Below are positions 15,706 through 24,000 of a DNA stretch of 24,000 bases, piece after piece. This DNA is from Verrucomicrobiota bacterium (GTDB taxonomy: Bacteria > Verrucomicrobiota > Verrucomicrobiia > Opitutales > Puniceicoccaceae), in NCBI GenBank assembly GCA_038744685.1, contig JBCDMB010000006.1, positions 8,176 through 32,175 of the forward strand. Direction: 5' to 3'. The translations under genes were made by a program, and so were the position numbers. Position 1 is the stretch's first letter; each line of letters starts with the position of its first letter. The notes beneath the pieces are model-generated. The model worked only from the letters and a program-made list of their open reading frames with translations, had not been told where the DNA came from and did no database searches.

Positions 15706-17748
15706 CTACCAATCCAACGGTGGAGGCGGAGCCAATCCAACAAAAATAACCAACCCGTCACCCCCCGGATTCGTCGTTGCGTCTGTGTTGAACGGTGGCT
15801 TCCAGTTATTGATCACCCAGACGTTGCCCGCCGCGTCGATTTGAACGCTCGTTGATCGCATCATCGGCGTAAAGTTAGGTGCAGCACCGGGACCGAAGAG
15901 CGGATCTCCGTTGGAAAGGGTCACTGGCTCCCCTTCGGAAGGAAGCGTGTAGCCGGTTTCCGGAGTAATCGGATCGCCGAAGGACAGCCCTTCAGGCCAG
16001 CCCGCTGGATTGGCTCCGCAGATCTGCGAGAGCCTAGCCTCATCAAAGACATTATTGACCGCAATCGGACCGAAATTGGAAACCCAGATATTACCGCTAC
16101 CATCGACGGCAAGCCCCCACGGGCCGAAAATACCTCCTCCGGAAAACTGCCCGAGTTCGTTCCCATCTGTATCAAAAGCAAAAACCTCGTCCGTTCCCTG
16201 GGAGGAAAACCATACATTTCCCGCGTAGTCCACTATGACCACTTTCAAGGTGCTCGCTTCCGACTTATCGAACTCCTTCAGGAATGTTTGCTGAAGCGAA
16301 TCGCCCACCAGGTCGTAGCGCGCGAGGCTCACCGGATTGGTTCCGGCCAACCCGCCGGAGAAGGTAACCCATGCGGCATCTCCATCAGGTACCGGTGCGA
16401 TCCCGAACGGTGCGTCCTTGGGGTCCGTAATTGAAAAAATTTGGTCATTCGGATCCCCATCGCGAAAGACCCACACCCCGCTCCCGTTCGGGTAGTTTGC
16501 TTCATTGGTCGCATCACCGAAACTCGCCATCCAGATGTTGCCGTTTACATCGGGCTCGATTGCCTGGACCCGGTAAGGCCCGAAATATCCACTGGGTGCC
16601 GACAAAGCAGTTCCGTCTGGAGCAAAGTGAGAGACACTCCCGGTTTGGGCTCCGTTTGGATCGGACGGAGTTTGGGACGGATAATACAAGTCCGTGTCAC
16701 CGATCACCGGTGTAGTCCAACCAAAATTGCCGAACCAAGCGTTGTCGTTTTGATCGACACTAGTCCCCCAGCCAACCCCAAGAAGACCGCCGGTTCCTAT
16801 AGGAGAGAGTGGAGTACCGTTCGTTCCGTCAGAGGGAGACCCATCCGGTTTGAGGACGACGTTCAGGTTCGTCGAGTTGGGCGTCCCCTGCGTCACGTTA
16901 TTGCCCACCCAAGCATACCCGCGGGAATCCCAGTCCACATTGGCCACTCCACCAAAGGGAATATTAGGATCTCCCGTGTTGTTGACCTTCACGGCGATCG
17001 TCCACTGAACCGGTGCAGCGGAAAGAGTCGGCGTCAATCCTCGACCCGTCCTCGAAAGATCGTAAATCGTCTCTGCATTCTTTGCCGGCTGGCGAGCAAG
17101 GTTCGCAAACGCTTCGGCTGTATCCATCGCTGCACGTCCAAACTCATCGGTCGCGGTATCCAGAAATTGCTGTAGTATCGTGCCACGCCGCACGCAGCCG
17201 TTCATCAAGTTATTGAGTGAACGCGTGAGGCGCAGTGAATTCGTCTGATCGGAATTGGGCGGGTTCAACAACACATCAGAGATTCCTCCTGACACAGGGT
17301 TCACAATGTTTCCATACATCTGCGAGGCGATCTGGAGGCGGAAGGGATTTCCAGCTATCTGTCCGGTTCGATAAAACTGTGCCATTGTATAGGCTGATGC
17401 TACAGTAGTCAGCTCGTTGATAACCGCAGTCGCCGGAAGCTCCTCTCCGAGGATCGCCAGCATCCGAAGTCCCGGTCTAAGTGTTGCGGACAAAAAGAAG
17501 ATGCTGTTCGAAGTATCTTTCCCTATGTCGAACTGAAACTGTCCACTCGAATCGGTTGTAGTTGTCGCAAGGGCAATCGGAGTAAACTCTGACGCCTCAA
17601 ACAAGGTCACTTCAACGTCCCTGACAAAACGGTTCGGACCTGCGACATCGAGAGTGCCGTCAAGTGTCGAGGCATTTCCGTGTGACGCGAGCAAGATGGC
17701 AATTCCGAAGACTGCCGACGACAAGATTAAGTGAATAGGGTTTTCCAT
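15706..17748 (-). CDS. Secreted protein: signal peptide, carboxypeptidase-regulatory-like beta-sandwich, helical region and 6-7-bladed NHL/Vgb-like beta-propeller
   Basis: About 680 aa from ATG 17748 (a TTG alternative lies at 17766). Signal peptide LILSSAVFGIAILLASHGNAS. VEVTLFEA...TTTDSSGQFQFD resembles a CarboxypepD_reg-type domain. Recurrent blade signatures: GYAWVGNN, DNAWFGNFG, GNIWMASFG, DAAWVTFSG, GNVWFSSQG, GNIWVSNFG and GNVWVINNW. Function unknown. Confidence 0.7.
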   Translation of the reverse strand: MENPIHLILSSAVFGIAILLASHGNASTLDGTLDVAGPNRFVRDVEVTLFEASEFTPIALATTTTDSSGQFQFDIGKDTSNSIFFLSATLRPGLRMLAILGEELPATAVINELTTVASAYTMAQFYRTGQIAGNPFRLQIASQMYGNIVNPVSGGISDVLLNPPNSDQTNSLRLTRSLNNLMNGCVRRGTILQQFLDTATDEFGRAAMDTAEAFANLARQPAKNAETIYDLSRTGRGLTPTLSAAPVQWTIAVKVNNTGDPNIPFGGVANVDWDSRGYAWVGNNVTQGTPNSTNLNVVLKPDGSPSDGTNGTPLSPIGTGGLLGVGWGTSVDQNDNAWFGNFGWTTPVIGDTDLYYPSQTPSDPNGAQTGSVSHFAPDGTALSAPSGYFGPYRVQAIEPDVNGNIWMASFGDATNEANYPNGSGVWVFRDGDPNDQIFSITDPKDAPFGIAPVPDGDAAWVTFSGGLAGTNPVSLARYDLVGDSLQQTFLKEFDKSEASTLKVVIVDYAGNVWFSSQGTDEVFAFDTDGNELGQFSGGGIFGPWGLAVDGSGNIWVSNFGPIAVNNVFDEARLSQICGANPAGWPEGLSFGDPITPETGYTLPSEGEPVTLSNGDPLFGPGAAPNFTPMMRSTSVQIDAAGNVWVINNWKPPFNTDATTNPGGDGLVIFVGLAPPPPLDW

Positions 17749-17785
17749 TTCTTCAGATCGTTTCAAATATTAGAGAAACTGTAAT

Positions 17786-18493
17786 CTAGTCTTCATCCGA
17801 ACTATGCCTGGACCGTCTCCAGCGGGAAAGACCTGCCGCTCCCAAAGCCAGCAATCCCAGTCCCTTTGCAGCGTCAGCGGGCTCTGGAACAGCAGTGCCG
17901 CCGGATAGAATTGGTTCGTCTGCCACATCATTCCACGCCCAGCTCTGGATCGTTACCGATGTACTTTCCGTAGGGAAATTCGGAAACTCAAACAAGACTT
18001 CCGCACGTCCATAAAAAGTATCCCCGCCCGAGTTAAACCGGAAACCGAAGACTCCCGTGCTGTTCGCTGAAAAGTACGTTCCGTTGAGGAAAGTAGTGGT
18101 TGGGGTCGCATAAAACTTTCCAAAGGAGTTCGGACCAAACGCATAATTGGTGAGAGTCGGGCCAATAATAAAGCTGGGATTTCCTGCAAAGTTGACCACC
18201 TGATTCGATATTGTCGTAGCAATAAGCTCGAATCCATTGGCCGTTATATTCCCAACCACAGCGCTGCGAAATAAGGAAGTCGCCGAGTCGACATAAGCGG
18301 CTATTTCGGTCTCTGACGTCGCCCCACCGTCGATATTCCAAGGTGTTGTATCAGAACCTCCAACGGAAAAAGCGGAGATGGGAGTGTTAACAGTCTGAAT
18401 CGCGCCGTTAGAGGTTGCGGCAGCACCGAGAAGAGAGGCCATGCCCAGAAACGGGAGGGGTTTGGGGAGGTAAGACGATGGTATATCATTCAT
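17786..18493 (-). CDS. PEP-CTERM sorting-domain protein (putative exosortase cargo)
   Basis: 235 aa. N-terminal signal-like region (FLGMASLLGAAATSNGA), Thr/Ser/Asn/Gly-rich body and a C-terminal VPEP motif plus hydrophobic helix GLGLLALGAAGL plus basic cluster RWRRSR (nt 17789-17890). This is the PEP-CTERM tripartite signature. Confidence 0.82.
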   Translation of the reverse strand: MNDIPSSYLPKPLPFLGMASLLGAAATSNGAIQTVNTPISAFSVGGSDTTPWNIDGGATSETEIAAYVDSATSLFRSAVVGNITANGFELIATTISNQVVNFAGNPSFIIGPTLTNYAFGPNSFGKFYATPTTTFLNGTYFSANSTGVFGFRFNSGGDTFYGRAEVLFEFPNFPTESTSVTIQSWAWNDVADEPILSGGTAVPEPADAAKGLGLLALGAAGLSRWRRSRHSSDED

Positions 18494-18627
18494 GAGATAG
18501 AGGTTAATGGTTGGTCAAAGTAGAGTAAAGAAAAGAACCACTTACCATCGCTTGAAAGGATTCACTTCAGCTCGAAAGAAGATCTAGCGACGAGGATTAA
18601 GGAAAACATGAAGTCGACAAGCCATTT

Positions 18628-19254
18628 TCAATTCGGGGGTTCCAACGCACGAATAGCTTCACGCCTCGTGGTAAAGAACCCGATCACCACTCCAAAAAGC
18701 AGGCCAAAAATGTGAGCAGGAAGAGAAATCAAGTTCTCCGGCTGAAGAATTTGGAACACGACCTGGCCGAAAAGAAGAACTCCTACAACCACTCGACACT
18801 GGAGGCGCTTTACGCCCCAAAAAAGAACGATCCAGTACGTGCAATCAAACCTCACCTTACCCGCGACGACTACCAGATAACCCATCAATCCAAATACAAT
18901 CGCACTTGCTCCCACCACGCCCGTATCTTCGATCAAAGCGTGGAAAAGAGCACCTCCGATTCCGCAGAGGACCACAAACAGAAAGTAGCCAAGTGATCCC
19001 ATCTTTCGGTTTACGAAGTTACCGAGAACAAGCATCAAAAACAGGTTACCAACCATATGATATAAGTTCACATGAACCAGCCACCCGATCGGGACAAAAA
19101 GGAGCTCCACTAAAAGAAAAACAAAGTAATTGGTAGCGAGAACTGCTAAGGTGACTATCGAAGAGAGGGCTAGAAAAACGGTATTCATCCAAGGATAAGC
19201 CACCTCTTGCTCGTTGACAGAGCTGTCGATGCAACGAAATGGCAATAGGATCAC
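18628..19254 (-). CDS. Rhomboid family intramembrane serine protease (minimal six-TM form)
   Basis: 208 aa, GTG start. TM2 HMVGN (HxxxN), catalytic GASAIVFGLMG (GxSx) and catalytic His in AHIFGLLFGVVIG. The N-terminus MILLPFR...AYPWMNT parallels the second rhomboid (MIIPHR...YPVWPIT), which supports the long start. Confidence 0.85.
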   Translation of the reverse strand: MILLPFRCIDSSVNEQEVAYPWMNTVFLALSSIVTLAVLATNYFVFLLVELLFVPIGWLVHVNLYHMVGNLFLMLVLGNFVNRKMGSLGYFLFVVLCGIGGALFHALIEDTGVVGASAIVFGLMGYLVVVAGKVRFDCTYWIVLFWGVKRLQCRVVVGVLLFGQVVFQILQPENLISLPAHIFGLLFGVVIGFFTTRREAIRALEPPN

Positions 19255-19264
19255 AGGTCTTCCC

Positions 19265-19645
19265 CTAGATGATCGTTAGCGCTGTGATCCCGAAGCAGGC
19301 CCAAGTGTTTACCCAGAACGTAGGTTTTTCAGCAAGCCACTGGTGAACGTGGAAGTATCCCATCCAAAGAGTGAAGGAAAGAACTCCGTAAAACAGAATC
19401 GCCGTGATACCCGCACCGAGAAAAACTTGAAAACTTGTCTGGAGGAGGGCCATTAGGCCCGCACAGTAAGACGCATCGCTCGATCTGTAGTAACAAGTAG
19501 TAAGTCTGGCACCGACCATTACTTCGATCAGAAACAACAGAAAATTCACTTTGATCGTCGTAAATCCGACTAATTCCAACAGCAAGATGAAACCGTTTTG
19601 GACGAACCCATTGCGTTTGACGTAGCCCTTTTGCCCCCTTACCAC
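19265..19645 (-). CDS. Small hydrophobic membrane protein (about 4 predicted TM segments), hypothetical
   Basis: 126 aa, GTG start, ending 10 nt upstream of the rhomboid start, so probably co-transcribed. Hydrophobic stretches GFILLLELVGF, FLLFLIEVMVG, GAGITAILFYGVLSFTLWMGY and VNTWACFGITALTII. No recognisable motif. Start uncertain. Confidence 0.5.
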   Translation of the reverse strand: MVRGQKGYVKRNGFVQNGFILLLELVGFTTIKVNFLLFLIEVMVGARLTTCYYRSSDASYCAGLMALLQTSFQVFLGAGITAILFYGVLSFTLWMGYFHVHQWLAEKPTFWVNTWACFGITALTII

Positions 19646-19687
19646 CGACCATAAAACTGGAAAGAGAACTGCTTAACCGCCCACCGA

Positions 19688-22507
19688 ATGGAAGAAACGC
19701 TTACCTACAACGAAAGAATCAGGATCGGATTCGAAAAGATCGACAAGGATCTCGACTTCCTCGTGGGCTGTTTTCGTGACATGCTTATTGGACTCGGTGA
19801 AACGGAAATCGCCCACCATCTCCCTTGGATCGGTAAAGCACCCACCGATGAGAAAAGCCATCTGGATCCGGGTGTCATTCAGGCGACTTCGATCGCCTTT
19901 CAGCTGCTCAATATGGTAGAGGAGAACGTATCCAACCAGATGCGGCGTCTTTACGAGAGATCCAATGGACCCTTGCATGAGTCCGGACTGTGGGGGTTCT
20001 ACCTTCGAAAGTTAAAGGAGGATGGTTGGACTGCCGATCAGGTGGCCGACGCACTCCCCTATCTTAGGATCGAGCCAGTGCTCACTGCTCATCCTACTGA
20101 ATCCAAAAGGGTCACCATCCTAGAGCAATATCGCGAACTGTATGTTTTGATCGTGCGGCTAGAGAACAGCATGTGGACCCCCAATGAGCGGATTGGGATC
20201 GAAAACCAAATCAAGAACGCTATGGAGCGAATCTGGCGCACTGGAGAAACCCTGCTGGCCAAACCCAGTGTCGCAGCAGAACGCGCCGGCCAACTTCACT
20301 ATTTTAACAACGTCTTTCCGAAAGTTCTCCCTCAGATTGATCGCCACCTTGAGGAGGCGTGGTTGGCCAACGGCTGGGACCCAAACCTGATTGGAAACTC
20401 ATCGAATCGTCCTCGCCTCCGCTTCGGCACGTGGGTAGGCGGCGACCGTGACGGGCATCCTCTCGTTACCGCAAAGGTAACCCGGGAATCACTCCTCGAC
20501 TACCGAACAAACGCGCTCGCCCTCCAGGAGTCCAAACTCTCCCAGCTACGGGCGCGACTAAGCCTATCCGATCGGTTACAAAAACCACCGGAAAGTTTTT
20601 CAGATCGGTTGATTGCGATGGCCTCTCAGATCGGCGACGAGGCAACTACCCTCCTTGACCGGAATCCCCACGAGCCGTGGCGACAATACATTAGCCTCCT
20701 GATCGCCCAGCTACCTCCCCCTGACTTTGATCCCTCTGACTCCAAGTATCCAGCGAGTCGATTCTATCGTTACTCGTTCGACCTGAGCGCCGACCTCCGC
20801 GCCCTTCGGGACTCACTCGTTGAAATTGGTGCGGAACGAGTCGCCCGCATGGACGTCGATCCAATTTTGAGAAACATTGAAGTTTTTGGATTTCACTTTG
20901 CCGCCCTTGATGTCCGGCAAAACAGCGTTTTTCATGAGAAAGCCATCGACCAAATCCTCAATCGGGCTGGGATGGAAGATCATGGTTACAGCGAGTGGCC
21001 GGAGGAGAAGCGCCTTGAATTTCTCGAAGCCCAACTGGAGTCTCCTTTTCCTCTCCTCCCTGTCGGCGAAACACCGGGAAAGGAGGCTGAGGCGGTCATC
21101 GCCGCCTATCGGGAGATCGCCCGCTACATTGACCGTCACGGTGATGAAGGCATCGGATCCTTCATTCTCAGCATGACGCGATCTGCATCGGATCTTCTTG
21201 CCGTATACTTTCTAGCCCGGGAAGCCAATCTCCTCCGAAAGCTGGACTTTGGAGTCATCTGCCTGGTCCCAGTAGTCCCTCTTTTGGAGACTCTGGAAGA
21301 CCTACAAAACGGACCAGGTATTCTTGAGACGTTTCTTTCCCATCCAGTCACTCGCAACTCTCTACAGTGGACCTACCGAAGAGGCGGTCTCCTGGCAAAA
21401 AAAGGAGCCCTTCGAGACACGGAAGCGGTCTGCGATTTCACCTCTCTTCGCCTTCCGGTTCAACAGGTCATGATCGGCTACAGCGATAGCAACAAAGATA
21501 GCGGCATTTTAGCGAGCCAATGGGGTCTTCATGTTGCTCAACAGAACATAACCGAAGTCGCTCGAAAGATGGGCTACCGAATCCGCTTCTTCCATGGTAG
21601 AGGAGGAACGATCAGCCGGGGAGCCGGACCCACAAACCGCTTTCTCGAAGCTTTGCCTCCGACTGCACTCAGTTTCGACCTCCGTCTCACCGAGCAGGGA
21701 GAAACCATCGCTCAAAAATTTGCGAACGACCTGACCGCTAGCCACAATCTCGACCTTCTGATCTCGGGCACCTGTTACCACTCTCTAACCGGCCCAAGGA
21801 GAAACCTTCCAGAGTCCGATATTGTAGAAGCGGTCCACTCCCTATCGGATGCAGCCAGCAAAGTCTATCGGGGTCTCTTGAAAGAAGATGGCTTCATGGA
21901 TTTTTACACCGGTGCAACCCCACTCGACGCTCTGGAGAAAAGTAGTATTGGGTCGCGTCCAGCCCGCCGAACCGGAGTGCGCTCTCTGGAAGATCTAAGG
22001 GCGATTCCTTGGGTCTTCAGTTGGTCCCAATCGAGGTTCTTTTTGCCGGGCTGGTACGGTTTTGGATCCGGAGTGTCACAATTGAGCGAAGAAGAGTTTG
22101 AGAAAATTCGAAACGGACTCTCGTCGTGGCCTTTTCTTCGCTACGTTCTTACCAACATTGAGACTTCGCTATCGGCAGCAAGCAGCGACATCATGGAGGC
22201 CTATGCGGATATGGTTCCCGATTCTCAAATCCGGACAAAGTTTATGACGCTCATCCTCAACGAGCTGGAACTGACTCACCAAACCATGACCCGCTTATTT
22301 GGGAGTGAGCAAAAAGATCGTCGTCCCCGACTGGATAAGACGGTTTTGCCACGAAGCCAAGCTCTGGAACCTTTGCATCACGAACAGATTCGACTCCTTC
22401 GAAAACTGCGTGCAGGAATTAACGACCCTGAGGAAGAAGCCGCACTCACTACAAGGCTTCTCCTGACCATAAATGCAATCTCGTCTGGCCTGCGCACTAC
22501 CGGATAA
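19688..22507 (+). CDS. ppc: Phosphoenolpyruvate carboxylase
   Basis: 939 aa. Signatures VLTAHPTESKR, GYSDSNKDSG and FHGRGGTISRGAGP, with the family-typical C-terminus ..GLRTTG. Confidence 0.95.
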   Translation: MEETLTYNERIRIGFEKIDKDLDFLVGCFRDMLIGLGETEIAHHLPWIGKAPTDEKSHLDPGVIQATSIAFQLLNMVEENVSNQMRRLYERSNGPLHESGLWGFYLRKLKEDGWTADQVADALPYLRIEPVLTAHPTESKRVTILEQYRELYVLIVRLENSMWTPNERIGIENQIKNAMERIWRTGETLLAKPSVAAERAGQLHYFNNVFPKVLPQIDRHLEEAWLANGWDPNLIGNSSNRPRLRFGTWVGGDRDGHPLVTAKVTRESLLDYRTNALALQESKLSQLRARLSLSDRLQKPPESFSDRLIAMASQIGDEATTLLDRNPHEPWRQYISLLIAQLPPPDFDPSDSKYPASRFYRYSFDLSADLRALRDSLVEIGAERVARMDVDPILRNIEVFGFHFAALDVRQNSVFHEKAIDQILNRAGMEDHGYSEWPEEKRLEFLEAQLESPFPLLPVGETPGKEAEAVIAAYREIARYIDRHGDEGIGSFILSMTRSASDLLAVYFLAREANLLRKLDFGVICLVPVVPLLETLEDLQNGPGILETFLSHPVTRNSLQWTYRRGGLLAKKGALRDTEAVCDFTSLRLPVQQVMIGYSDSNKDSGILASQWGLHVAQQNITEVARKMGYRIRFFHGRGGTISRGAGPTNRFLEALPPTALSFDLRLTEQGETIAQKFANDLTASHNLDLLISGTCYHSLTGPRRNLPESDIVEAVHSLSDAASKVYRGLLKEDGFMDFYTGATPLDALEKSSIGSRPARRTGVRSLEDLRAIPWVFSWSQSRFFLPGWYGFGSGVSQLSEEEFEKIRNGLSSWPFLRYVLTNIETSLSAASSDIMEAYADMVPDSQIRTKFMTLILNELELTHQTMTRLFGSEQKDRRPRLDKTVLPRSQALEPLHHEQIRLLRKLRAGINDPEEEAALTTRLLLTINAISSGLRTTG

Positions 22508-22519
22508 CGCAGATTAGTA

Positions 22520-23179
22520 TTACACTTTTCTTTGGGCTAAAATGTCGAGCAGCGTTTCGTTATCATGGTGAGACATCTCCAGCCAATCGTTTTTCAAGGC
22601 AAGAAGACCGAAGACGATGCCGAAGACGAAACCACCAATGTGAGCCCAGAAAGCAACTCCACTCTCAGATCCACTAACCACCCCGTATACATCGGTCGCG
22701 AACCAAAACCCAATTAACCAGTAAGCCTTGATGCCCGTGCTACCCCAGATGGATATAAACCAGTAGAAACTGTGGATTCGATTTACCGGGTAGAGGGCAA
22801 CGAAAATTCCTAAAACCGTGTAGATGGCACCACTGGCCCCTACCGCAGGCCTCCCATCGAAAAGCAAATGAATAGCAGCCAAGAAAAGCGCCCCTCCAAA
22901 GAAAATGCCCAGGTATTTAATGTTCCCAAACTTCGCACAGATCGCGTTCCCAAAAACCCAAAGAAACACCATGTTTAAAAGGAGATGGAGTAGCCCTGCG
23001 TGAAGCAATGAACTGAAAAGAAGCTCAAGGGGATTCCAGCTCTCCAGAACAATTCCCTCAAGAAAACGGTCGAAGCCCGCCAAACTCCCGACAAAAGCCA
23101 CCCCGCATAAACCGGTAATTACGAAGTTGGTAATCGGCCAAACCGGATAAAGCAACTCTACTCTATGGGGAATAATCAT
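22520..23179 (-). CDS. Rhomboid family intramembrane serine protease (minimal six-TM form), paralog of 18628-19254
   Basis: 219 aa. HLLLN (HxxxN), GASGAIYTVLG (catalytic Ser) and WAHIGGFVFGIVFG (catalytic His). Confidence 0.88.
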   Translation of the reverse strand: MIIPHRVELLYPVWPITNFVITGLCGVAFVGSLAGFDRFLEGIVLESWNPLELLFSSLLHAGLLHLLLNMVFLWVFGNAICAKFGNIKYLGIFFGGALFLAAIHLLFDGRPAVGASGAIYTVLGIFVALYPVNRIHSFYWFISIWGSTGIKAYWLIGFWFATDVYGVVSGSESGVAFWAHIGGFVFGIVFGLLALKNDWLEMSHHDNETLLDILAQRKV

Positions 23180-23263
23180 GAATAAAGGATCAGGCTCACT
23201 CCCTTGGGTTACGCGATTCGGATCGTTAGTTTCCTGGTTTCTCGACCAGCAGGAGACTTTGAT

Positions 23264-23995
23264 CTAGTCCCCTGAAGACACAACAGTCCCAATAGGTTCG
23301 CCGCAGACTGCCCTCTTGATACTGCCCTCATCCTGCATGGAAAAAACGAGAATGGGCATCTTATTGTCCAGGCATAACGAAAAAGCGGTCGAGTCCATGA
23401 CCTTCAACCGCTTCCTTAACGCATCGACAAAATCCACCTGATCATACTTCTTGGCATCCGGAAATTCCTTTGGGTCCTTATCGTAGACTCCATCCACATT
23501 CGTCGCCTTCAGAATGATATCCGCCCCCATCTCACTTGCCCGTAGCGCCGCTGTCGTGTCTGTTGAGAAGTAAGGGTTACCCGTTCCTGCAACAAAGATG
23601 ACTATGCGGCCCTTTTCCAGGTGCCTTTTTGCCCGCCGCAAGATGAATGGCTCCGCAATCTTTTCGACTGGAATCGCACTTTGAACGCGAACCGGCACAC
23701 CCACCTTCTCGATCACATCCATAAAAGCCAACCCGTTGATCACTGTAGAAAGCATACCCATATAGTCTCCGGTAGTACGATCCACCCCACGACTTTCTCC
23801 TTTCAGTCCGCGGAAAATGTTACCGCCTCCCACAACTATACCGATTTGCACGCCGAGTTCATGCACTTCTTTGAGCTGGCGAGCGACCGATTCGAGAACC
23901 GGAGGATCAAAAGGCTCTCCCGTTTCCCGGTTTAAAAGAGCTTCACCGCTCAGCTTAATGACGACCCGCTTGTACTTCGGTTTCAATTCCTTCAT
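23264..23995 (-). CDS. pyrH: UMP kinase
   Basis: 243 aa. KYKRVVIKLSGEAL, VVGGGNIFRG, GDYMGMLSTVINGLA and TNVDGVYDKDP. Full-length amino-acid-kinase-fold PyrH. Confidence 0.95.
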   Translation of the reverse strand: MKELKPKYKRVVIKLSGEALLNRETGEPFDPPVLESVARQLKEVHELGVQIGIVVGGGNIFRGLKGESRGVDRTTGDYMGMLSTVINGLAFMDVIEKVGVPVRVQSAIPVEKIAEPFILRRAKRHLEKGRIVIFVAGTGNPYFSTDTTAALRASEMGADIILKATNVDGVYDKDPKEFPDAKKYDQVDFVDALRKRLKVMDSTAFSLCLDNKMPILVFSMQDEGSIKRAVCGEPIGTVVSSGD

Positions 23996-24000
23996 AAGGC

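Noticed and set aside
19329-19652. 107-aa alternative-frame ORF overlapping the 126-aa membrane-protein ORF on the same strand
   Set aside because: The translation (..GRCQTYYLLLQIERCVLLCGPNGPPPDK..) has no coherent hydrophobic or domain pattern. The 126-aa frame gives four clean hydrophobic helices and ends 10 nt before the rhomboid start.
21396-21402. A7 homopolymer inside ppc (codons for AKKG)
   Set aside because: The reading frame is intact across it and ppc is full length with its conserved C-terminus. There is no sign of phase variation or frameshift.
1-24000. Scan for CRISPR arrays, rRNA/tRNA genes, transposases, integrases, prophage genes or toxin-antitoxin pairs
   Set aside because: I saw no regularly spaced direct repeats, no tRNA cloverleaf candidates in the few intergenic gaps and no ORFs with transposase, integrase, phage or TA motifs. 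The window looks like core chromosome rather than a mobile island.

Overview
Compact, gene-dense bacterial chromosomal segment with about 21 CDS and no rRNA, tRNA, CRISPR array, transposase or integrase that I could detect. PEP-CTERM cargo, weak Shine-Dalgarno signals and about 50% GC suggest a Verrucomicrobiota/PVC-like organism, but that is inference only. Left to right on the + strand: cysE (cut by the window edge), trxB, then a complete four-gene cellulose synthase operon, bcsA (GT2 plus PilZ), bcsB, bcsZ (GH8) and a short bcsC-like porin. Next comes a convergent soluble histidine-kinase-like protein whose HisKA_3 phospho-acceptor His appears to be Ala. After it are a DEDDy 3'-5' exonuclease, a two-domain GNAT and a minus-strand obg-mrp-small-ORF unit. 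That unit has a 93-nt near-perfect palindrome between obg and mrp, and the Mrp homolog lacks the family CxxC motif. A nitroreductase follows, then a minus-strand block of small membrane protein, minimal rhomboid, PEP-CTERM protein and secreted NHL-type beta-propeller, then ppc, a second minimal rhomboid and pyrH. Most of the window is housekeeping. The most second-look-worthy items are the rhomboid/PEP-CTERM/propeller block, the His-less kinase-like protein beside the bcs operon, the CxxC-less Mrp with its translationally coupled small partner, and the long palindromic element. All family assignments come from motif recognition by eye. No database search was run.
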